Source: Dehalococcoidia bacterium (lineage in GTDB: Bacteria > Chloroflexota > Dehalococcoidia > Lucifugimonadales > UBA1123). From it: a stretch of 32,004 nt of DNA. The DNA lies in assembly GCA_047515825.1 (NCBI GenBank), contig JAKZVY010000169.1:1-32004 (forward strand). Direction: 5' to 3'. Positions 26,217 to 32,004 of the stretch are shown piece by piece. The position numbers and the translations under genes are program-made. Position 1 is the first letter of the stretch. Each line of letters begins with the position of its first letter. The notes beneath the pieces were generated by a model. The model had not been told where the DNA came from and made no database searches. It saw only the letters and a list, made by a program, of their open reading frames with translations.

Positions 26217-27019
26217 TCCCGCGATTCGTCTTCATCGCTTTCGCCTCACTGCTGGCGATGCTCGCCGCCGCCGGCTGTGACCGCGAGGGGCCTGACGCGG
26301 CGAGAGAGGGGAACGACGCCTTCGCCTCGGAAAGATACGGGGACGCCAGGGAAGCGTACGACCGCGCCCTTAAGACGATGCCCGACCGTCCCGAGCTTGA
26401 CTACAACTCGGGCAACACCCTTTACCGCGAGCAGCGATTCGCGGAAGCCGGAACACGCTATGACGACGCCTTCCCCGATGCCGAGCGCCTGCTTGCCAGA
26501 GACACCGCCTTCAACTCGGGCAACGCGCAGTTGGAAGCTGGCAATCTCGAAGAGGCGATTGAGCTGTACAAGCAAGCGCTCAGGATCGACCCGTCCGACC
26601 AAGACGCCAAGCACAACCTCGAGCTTGCCCTGGAAGAGATCGAAGAGCAGCAGCCCGAAAACGAGGGCGAGGAGGAGCAGGAAGACCCTGAAGAAGGCGG
26701 CGAGGAGGGCGAACAGGAGCCGCAGCCCGGACCTGGGGAGCCGCAGCCCGACGACCAACAGGGTCAGCAGGACCAGCAGCAGGGCCAGCAGGATGAGAAC
26801 GAAGGACAGGAAGGCAATGAGTCCGACGGAGGGGAAAACGAGCAGCCCAGCGACCAGCAGCCCAGCGCTGAATCGCCGCGTCAGCAGGAGGTGCCGCCAA
26901 CCGGACTGACTGAGGAGGAGGCGCGGCGGCTTCTCGACTCGGTCCCAGATAACACGCTTCAAGACAGGATCAGGCGCAGAGATACCATATCCGGCCCCCG
27001 TCCTGAACGGGAGTGGTGA
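26213..27019 (+). CDS. batC: tetratricopeptide repeat protein (BatC-like) with an acidic Q/E-rich tail
   Basis: Lipoprotein-like leader (LAMLAAAGC), TPR units (YNSGNTLYREQRFAEA; FNSGNAQLEAGNLEEAIELYKQALRIDP), then a ~90-aa E/Q/G/D low-complexity region. Confidence 0.8.
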   Translation: MIPRFVFIAFASLLAMLAAAGCDREGPDAAREGNDAFASERYGDAREAYDRALKTMPDRPELDYNSGNTLYREQRFAEAGTRYDDAFPDAERLLARDTAFNSGNAQLEAGNLEEAIELYKQALRIDPSDQDAKHNLELALEEIEEQQPENEGEEEQEDPEEGGEEGEQEPQPGPGEPQPDDQQGQQDQQQGQQDENEGQEGNESDGGENEQPSDQQPSAESPRQQEVPPTGLTEEEARRLLDSVPDNTLQDRIRRRDTISGPRPEREW

Positions 27020-27030
27020 GGAATCAGCCC

Positions 27031-28785
27031 ATGAATCGCATCGCAGCAGTCGCAGCCCTGTTAGCTGCCATCCTCGGCGGCCTGATCTTCGCTCTGCCTC
27101 TGGGTGCCCAGACCGTGGACGTCACCGCCGAAGTTGACCGTACCGACCTTCGCATGACGGAAGACGTGACTCTCACTATAACGGTGCTCGATCGCACCGC
27201 CAGCCCGCCCACGCTGCCCTACATCGACGGTCTCAGTCTGGTTGAGAGGTCCATCTCGTCCTCGCATACCTTCGAAAACGGGCGCCTCCAGGGGAAGTTC
27301 CAGTTCATATTCCGCTTCACTCCAACCCGGACCGGCACAATCGTCATAGGTCCTGTGACCGTGGTTTTAGACAACACTGAATACCAGACCGATCTGATCA
27401 CTCTGTACGTCGAACCGGCCGCCATTCAGCCCCCTGCCCTCGCTCCGCCCAATCCTGTGGCAACCGTTCAACCGACGCGACAGGCCAGCACAAGCTACTT
27501 CGCGGAGGCCGAGGTCGATGACTATAGCCCATTCGTGGGAGAGCAGATCACATACACACACAGGGTCTTCACACCCGCAGACAACACGTTCTACAACATC
27601 CTGGTCACCAGGGGACTCTACGACCCGCCCGACTTCGCCGGATTTTGGAACCCCGTGGAACCCGAAGAACGCGAATACACCACCACCGTCAACGGACGCA
27701 ACTACCATGTGTCGGAGACAGACACTATTCTGTTCTCAATTCTGTCCGGTGACGTGACCATCGGACGCGGCACAATGTCGCGATTCGGCCCCAACCGTCA
27801 GGCTACGCAGTCCAACCAAGTGGATCTAAACGTCCGCCCTCTGCCTTTGAACGAGCCCCCGGCGTTCACCGGCGCCGTGGGCAAGTTCACCATCGACTCG
27901 GCGGTGAACAAGGTCATGACGACCGTCGGAGATCCGATAACTCTTCGGGTCACCATTGTTGGGGAAGGCAACATAGAAAAGCTCCCCGGTCCGCTGTGGC
28001 CAAAGCTTACGGGATGGCGTTCGTTCGACGGCGCTGGGTCTGACAGGACCAGGGTCGTCAACAGAAGGCTGGTCGGCAGCAGGTCCGATGAGCTTCTGAT
28101 TATTCCCGAATCTCCGGGTAGTTTCGACCTCCCCCCTGTTGAGTACGCCTACTTCGATCCGGATGCTGAAGAGTATGTCACAATCTCGACCGATCCGATA
28201 AGTGTGGAGGTGCTGCCCGACCCGGACGCGGTCGATGCCGCCCCATCGGTCTCCGATGTGGACGAGGCGATGGACGAAGAAATGGCCATCGCCGACATAC
28301 GGGGCATCAAGCCTCCCCCGGCCAGAATCCGCGCAAGAAACGGCTCGGTGGCCGCAAGTCCCACGTTCTGGGCACTGTGGCTTCTGCCGGTTGTCGGCCT
28401 CCTGGCCTTCGCCGGCCGGGGGGTGTTCGAGCGCATACGGAAAGATGGGGACGGCGTCGACAGCGGCACGGAGGCGCGCCAGCGCGCTCTGGCCCGGCTC
28501 GCCGCGCTCGCGCCTACGACCTCCACTCCGGACGCCGCCGCCTCAGCGCTGCACGGGTATCTGGGCGCCCTGCTCGGACAGTCCTCTACCCGGCTTCTGA
28601 CCAAGGACATAGTATCGCGAGTCCGGGATCTGGGAGCGTCCGATGAGACCGCTGACCTGCTGGCAAGCACTCTCGAAACGCTCGACGAAGCCAGGTTTGC
28701 GGGGGATGGGTCGCCCGATCCAGCTGCCGCGCTGAGCAGCGTGGCTGAGGTCGTTCTGAGGATCAGCAGGGAGGTGGACGCGTGA
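27031..28785 (+). CDS. batD: BatD family protein
   Basis: Signal peptide and repeated beta-sandwich-like segments (VTAEVDRTDLRMTEDVTLTITV; GPVTVVLDNTEYQTD.ITLYV), a late TM helix (FWALWLLPVVGLLAFAG) and a cytoplasmic tail. ATG at 27031 lies 8 nt after gagga; an alternative GTG is at 27013. Confidence 0.8.
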   Translation: MNRIAAVAALLAAILGGLIFALPLGAQTVDVTAEVDRTDLRMTEDVTLTITVLDRTASPPTLPYIDGLSLVERSISSSHTFENGRLQGKFQFIFRFTPTRTGTIVIGPVTVVLDNTEYQTDLITLYVEPAAIQPPALAPPNPVATVQPTRQASTSYFAEAEVDDYSPFVGEQITYTHRVFTPADNTFYNILVTRGLYDPPDFAGFWNPVEPEEREYTTTVNGRNYHVSETDTILFSILSGDVTIGRGTMSRFGPNRQATQSNQVDLNVRPLPLNEPPAFTGAVGKFTIDSAVNKVMTTVGDPITLRVTIVGEGNIEKLPGPLWPKLTGWRSFDGAGSDRTRVVNRRLVGSRSDELLIIPESPGSFDLPPVEYAYFDPDAEEYVTISTDPISVEVLPDPDAVDAAPSVSDVDEAMDEEMAIADIRGIKPPPARIRARNGSVAASPTFWALWLLPVVGLLAFAGRGVFERIRKDGDGVDSGTEARQRALARLAALAPTTSTPDAAASALHGYLGALLGQSSTRLLTKDIVSRVRDLGASDETADLLASTLETLDEARFAGDGSPDPAAALSSVAEVVLRISREVDA

Positions 28786-29582
28786 AACGCATCGCCGCCG
28801 CTGCGTCACTCGTCCTTGTGCTGATGCTTCTCTCTTACCCGTCAGAAGCCTCGGCGAACGAGCCTTTCGACCTCGACGCCTTCACGGCGGCGAACCTGCT
28901 CTACGAAGACGGCAGCTACCAGGAAGCGGCGATGAGCTATGAGCACCTGGTTGGGCTGGGCTACGATGATTCCACCCTCTACTACAACCTCGCCAACTCC
29001 TATTACCGCACCGGCGACTTTGGACGTGCCGTGATCAACTACCTCAGGGCCGAGCGTCTCGCGCCATTCGACGCGGACATCCGCGCCAACCTGGAGCTGG
29101 CGCGGTCGCAGCGCGAAGACAAGGGCCACAGCAGCGAACCGGTCCCGGCGCTCGCGCAGATTGCCGAGCTCGTCCCGTGGGTCTCGACCAACCAAGCCGT
29201 CATGTCGGCGCTTGCGCTCTGGCTTGCGCTCGGGGCTATCGTCTACGCCTACTTCCGAATCAGACATGGCAGATGGGGAATCTGGCTGGCCCGCGCGGGG
29301 GTTATCGCGGCACTTGGTCTACTGACCTCCGTCGCGCTTGCTTCGGGAGGCTATGCCCAGCAGTCCCATTGGGAGCAGGTCGCGGTCGTGACGGCGGTGT
29401 CCACCGATGTGCGCGCTGGCCCCGGACACCAGTATCCAGGTCAGTTCAGCGTCGGCGCTGGAAACGAGACGAACCTGATCGACACTCGCGGCGGATGGCA
29501 CAAAATCGGCATCCCCAGGACTGGCATCGAGGGCTGGATACCCGCCCACGACGCCGAAATCGTCTGGCCGCCGGGAGACTGA
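28782..29582 (+). CDS. batE: TPR plus SH3 domain protein (BatE-like)
   Basis: Signal peptide, TPR units (YYNLANSYYRTGDFGRAVINYLRAERLAP), TM helices, and a C-terminal SH3-like GWHKIGIPRTGIEGWIPAHDAEIV. GTGA overlap with batD. Confidence 0.8.
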   Translation: MKRIAAAASLVLVLMLLSYPSEASANEPFDLDAFTAANLLYEDGSYQEAAMSYEHLVGLGYDDSTLYYNLANSYYRTGDFGRAVINYLRAERLAPFDADIRANLELARSQREDKGHSSEPVPALAQIAELVPWVSTNQAVMSALALWLALGAIVYAYFRIRHGRWGIWLARAGVIAALGLLTSVALASGGYAQQSHWEQVAVVTAVSTDVRAGPGHQYPGQFSVGAGNETNLIDTRGGWHKIGIPRTGIEGWIPAHDAEIVWPPGD

Positions 29583-29584
29583 AC

Positions 29585-29652
29585 CGTGGGCGGAAATTCA
29601 CAGGGGCAGCGGGGTACGCAACCTTACGCCGCCAGCGCGTACTGAGAACACC
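29585..29652 (+). repeat. ~67-nt direct repeat, copy A
   Basis: CGTGGGCGGAAATTCACAGGGGCAGCGGGGTACGCAACCTTACGCC...TGAGAACACC aligns by eye at roughly 80% identity with 30312-30378. It starts 3 nt after the batE stop. Confidence 0.7.
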
Positions 29653-29666
29653 TCTTGATAATAGAC

Positions 29667-29696
29667 TTGAACCCCAATCCAACCCCATGCTATCCT
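29667..29696 (+). promoter_or_regulatory. candidate promoter facing module 1 (TTGAAC-18 nt-TGcTATCCT)
   Basis: -35 TTGAAC at 29667-29672, an 18-nt spacer ending in TGC, and -10 TATCCT at 29691-29696. No ORF follows. Module 1 begins ~30 nt downstream. Confidence 0.3.
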
Positions 29697-29727
29697 ATTG
29701 CCCAGAACCCATGTCCGCGCCACATCG

Positions 29728-29838
29728 GGAACGGGGGCAGATAGTGCAGCAACGGTGCAGAAAGTGCACTAACCGCCCCAAAGCTGGACCGCCCTTCCCT
29801 TAGCTTTGGAACGGGGGCAGACAGTGCAGATAGTGCAG
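29728..29838 (+). repeat. module 1: AGTGCAG-type direct repeats x3, 8-bp-stem hairpin, AGTGCAG x2
   Basis: Repeat words at 29743, 29754, 29763, 29823 and 29832. Stem CCAAAGCT 29778-29785 / AGCTTTGG 29802-29809 with a 16-nt loop. A 22-mer, GGAACGGGGGCAGA[T/C]AGTGCAG, occurs at 29728 and 29808. Confidence 0.75.
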
Positions 29839-30019
29839 GAAAACTTAAAAATCTTTTTGAAGGGCTCCGCCCCAAGAACAACCTCACCCCGTGCTCGGAT
29901 GCGGGACCCGGCACAGTCCACTCTGACTATTCCCAACAACTATTCACCACCAACATCCCGTATCTTTGGGTCTTTCGCGCAACACATGAAGCCATGTTCC
30001 TGAACCATAACGTCACAGA

Positions 30020-30139
30020 CAGTGCCATTTCGGCAGAGGTCAGTGACATTTCAAGAAGAATCAGTGACATTTCGCCTCGCCCCGCTAAAGCTGGACCGAC
30101 CGACATACAGCTTTAGACCAGTGACAAAAGTGACATTTC
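30020..30139 (+). repeat. module 2: CAGTGACATTTC-type direct repeats x3 (21-bp phasing), 8-bp-stem hairpin, AGTGACA x2
   Basis: 12-mers at 30020, 30041 and 30062. Stem CTAAAGCT 30085-30092 / AGCTTTAG 30109-30116 with a 16-nt loop starting GGACCG, as in module 1. AGTGACA at 30120 and 30129. Confidence 0.75.
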
Positions 30140-30257
30140 AAACAAAAACTTTTCCCACTATGCCAGAGTGCCTTTCCCACATCACCAGTAACCGATCTCG
30201 CCGACTCTCCATCACCCTGTGGGGCATCCTCTACACGTGCATGGCTACCCCTCGGTC

Positions 30258-30324
30258 ATTCCCGCGAAAGCATGTCCCGTACTCCGATACGGGGGCTTGC
30301 CCTCGTGGAAACGTGGGCGGGAAT
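30258..30324. repeat. nested REP-like palindrome (ATTCCCGC ... GCGGGAAT enclosing CCCGTA-N6-TACGGG)
   Basis: Outer arms at 30258-30265 / 30317-30324 and an inner hairpin at 30276-30281 / 30288-30293. The flanks gtcattcccgcgaaagc ... gcgggaatcc match the widespread palindromic element that yields spurious 'AFAGMT' peptides. The right arm is part of repeat copy B. Confidence 0.5.
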
Positions 30325-30378
30325 CCACAGGGGTAGCGAAGTACGCAACCTTACGCTGCTGCGTGTGTTGAGAACACC
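30312..30378 (+). repeat. ~67-nt direct repeat, copy B
   Basis: CGTGGGCGGGAATCCACAGGGGTAGCGAAGTACGCAACCTTACGCT...TGAGAACACC is the partner of 29585-29652. Confidence 0.7.
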
Positions 30379-30524
30379 GACCGAAATCCACCACTGATGT
30401 CCGTAGAGGCGCTTCGTGAAGCGCCCCCACCCGCCAACGCTGCAATGCCATCGTAATCTGGGATCGACCCCTTTGACCCTTTCTTGGACGCCATGTGCGC
30501 GCTAGAATTAGCGACCAGTGTTTC

Positions 30525-31826
30525 ATGGCTGTTACTTCACACTTCAGACCCCGCCACGCCCGCCTACCGACGACCTTCGAGGCATTCCGCAACCGCGGTT
30601 TCAGTCTTCTGTGGCCCGCGAACTTCTTCGCGTACGTCTCCCGCTCGATGCAGATGACCCTCCTGATCTGGCTGGTGCTCGACCTTACTAGCTCGCCGTT
30701 CAGGGTGGCTCTGGTCGGTTTCTTCGGGATGGCGCCGTTGCTGCTGTTCGGCGCAGTGGGGGGTGTGCTGGTCGATCGCGTAGACCGTCGTCGACTTCTC
30801 ATAGCGATGCAGTTGCTCAACCTGACTGCCGGAGTCGCGATGGTCACTCTGCTGCTGACCGAGATGGTGCAGTACTGGCACGCCTACCTAGTCGTGCTCG
30901 CCAGCGGACTCGGATGGGCATTCGACATGCCATCAAGACGCTCCATAGTCCTCGACCTGATCGGCAGAGCGAAAGTAACCAATGCCATGGCCTTGGACTC
31001 GATGGGGATGCACGCGAGCAGGATGGCCGGACCCGCGCTGGCGGGCGGATTCATCGCCGCGGTCGGCGTGACCGGCGGGTACTACGCCATAATCGCGCTC
31101 TACTCGCTCTCAATCGCGTTTCTGGCTCCACTCAGGCTGCCGGCCCGAGTGTCGCAAGTGGCTTCTATGAGCATCGCCAGGAATCTGGCCGATGGCTTCG
31201 CATACGTGCGCACTGATCGCATCATCCTGACTACGGTGATTATCACGGTGTTGATGAACCTGCTGCTGTTCCCGTACATGCAGATGGTACCCGTCATAGC
31301 GCGTGACACGCTCGGCATCGGACCCGGACTCATGGGCATTCTTATGGGCGCGGACGGCCTCGGCGCGATCATCGGCTCGGTATCCATCGCGTCGGCGCGC
31401 CAGATCAAGTACCACGGGCGAGTCTATCTGGCAGGATCGCTAATTGCCCTGACAATGGTGCTCGTCTTCGCGGCGTCCAGGTGGTTCGCCTTGTCGCTTC
31501 CAGTGCTGGTACTGCTCGGACTCGGTGCCGCCGGTTTCGCAACGATGCAGTCCACGATAGTGGTTCTCGCGGCGAGAGAGGAGATGCGTGGACGCACGCT
31601 CGGAGTGATTTCACTCGCGATTGGAGCCGGTCCTATCGGCGCTCTGATGATAGGAGCGGTCGCCGAGGCGACATCTCCGGCGACCGCGGTCACCATCTTC
31701 GCGAGCCTCGGACTGATCACGGTCGGTACGGTTGGATGGCTAATGGCCGAGATCCGCGGCCCGGTGGGTCAGCCATCTGAGCGTGTCCAGGTGGAGTCCC
31801 CGATACCCGTCGTTCAGAGGACATAG
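30525..31826 (+). CDS. MFS transporter (MFS_3 / EntS-like)
   Basis: About 12 predicted hydrophobic helices. N-terminal FRNRGFSLLWPANFF....S..M......W and VDRVDRRRLL loop motifs are typical of this MFS subfamily. ATG at 30525 is preferred because a TAGAAT box (30503-30508) overlaps the GTG at 30495. Confidence 0.85.
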   Translation: MAVTSHFRPRHARLPTTFEAFRNRGFSLLWPANFFAYVSRSMQMTLLIWLVLDLTSSPFRVALVGFFGMAPLLLFGAVGGVLVDRVDRRRLLIAMQLLNLTAGVAMVTLLLTEMVQYWHAYLVVLASGLGWAFDMPSRRSIVLDLIGRAKVTNAMALDSMGMHASRMAGPALAGGFIAAVGVTGGYYAIIALYSLSIAFLAPLRLPARVSQVASMSIARNLADGFAYVRTDRIILTTVIITVLMNLLLFPYMQMVPVIARDTLGIGPGLMGILMGADGLGAIIGSVSIASARQIKYHGRVYLAGSLIALTMVLVFAASRWFALSLPVLVLLGLGAAGFATMQSTIVVLAAREEMRGRTLGVISLAIGAGPIGALMIGAVAEATSPATAVTIFASLGLITVGTVGWLMAEIRGPVGQPSERVQVESPIPVVQRT

Positions 31827-31835
31827 CTCTTCAAC

Positions 31836-32004
31836 TTAACCGGCCGTAGGCCGGGCGCCGAATGACGCCCTGAACCTGTACAGCGTCATCTCAGGCTCGA
31901 TCGGCGCCACCGGCAGGTACTCCTCTTCGACGATCTTGGCGACTACGAACCAGGGGCCGTCCTCGGATAGCGCCTGTAGCAGCGCCGACTCCAACTCTTC
32001 TTCG
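31836..32004 (-). CDS. partial CDS (3' end only), unknown enzyme C-terminus
   Basis: The minus strand is open from the window edge: EEELESALLQALSEDGPWFVVAKIVEEEYLPVAPIEPEMTLYRFRASFGARPTAG, then TAA at 31836-31838. It is convergent with the MFS gene, and composition matches the host. The function call is not supportable from 55 aa. Confidence 0.5.
   Translation of the reverse strand, partial: EEELESALLQALSEDGPWFVVAKIVEEEYLPVAPIEPEMTLYRFRASFGARPTAG

Noticed and set aside
26640-26890. CAG/GAG-rich tract that looks like a DNA microsatellite.
   Set aside because: It is in frame within the BatC-like gene and encodes an acidic E/Q/G/D low-complexity linker of the kind common in this protein class. 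It has no exact tandem unit.
30020-30139. Possible mini-CRISPR array (regularly spaced CAGTGACATTTC repeats).
   Set aside because: The repeats are only 12 nt with 9-nt spacers and 3+2 copies. There are no cas genes, and the unit sizes are far below CRISPR repeat/spacer lengths.
29690-30336. Small ORFs in the gene-free gap (29806-30003, 30022-30336, 29690-29914 minus).
   Set aside because: They have no RBS, run through the repeat/hairpin modules and the REP-like palindrome (giving the well-known spurious AFAGMT-type peptides), and show no protein-like motif.
31840-31854. Hairpin CCGGCC-GTA-GGCCGG between the convergent MFS and partial CDS, as a bidirectional terminator.
   Set aside because: It has only a 6-bp stem and no flanking T/A runs, and it lies inside the coding sequence of the minus-strand gene. 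This is insufficient support.

Overview
GC-rich (sampled lines ~60-70% GC) bacterial chromosomal segment, densely packed with many 1-4 nt gene overlaps. No rRNA, tRNA, CRISPR array or intact mobile element was seen. Layout: (i) 1-3520 is a decayed defence/addiction islet. It holds the 3' part of a low-GC gene with a HEPN-like RNxxxH motif, two paralogous DUF104-antitoxin/PIN-toxin (VapBC-like) pairs, and fragments of a PLD-nuclease/helicase and a type IIG/BREX-like methyltransferase. (ii) 3547-10287 is housekeeping: a divergent carbamoyltransferase-fold protein, a PD40 propeller, nadC, nadA, miaB, moaE and moaD. (iii) 10307-21118 is a CoA-dependent catabolic cluster: SDR, CoA-transferase, crotonase, M48 peptidase, acyl-CoA synthetase, LLM oxidoreductase, alpha/beta hydrolase and CocE/NonD hydrolase. 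A ~1.35-kb lower-GC two-gene insert (PD-(D/E)xK/DUF4268-like nuclease plus a small ORF) interrupts it. (iv) 21346-29582 is a complete eight-gene MoxR-DUF58-VWA-TPR 'Bat'-type operon. (v) 29583-30524 is a 0.94-kb gene-free gap holding two paralogous repeat-hairpin-repeat modules bracketed by ~67-nt direct repeats. I consider this the most unexplained signal in the window. (vi) An MFS transporter and a convergent partial CDS close the window. Three ORFs are disrupted: one in-frame TAA and two frameshifts. The gene content resembles marine Chloroflexota (SAR202-like), but this cannot be established without a database search. All homology calls come from motif recognition by eye, not searches.
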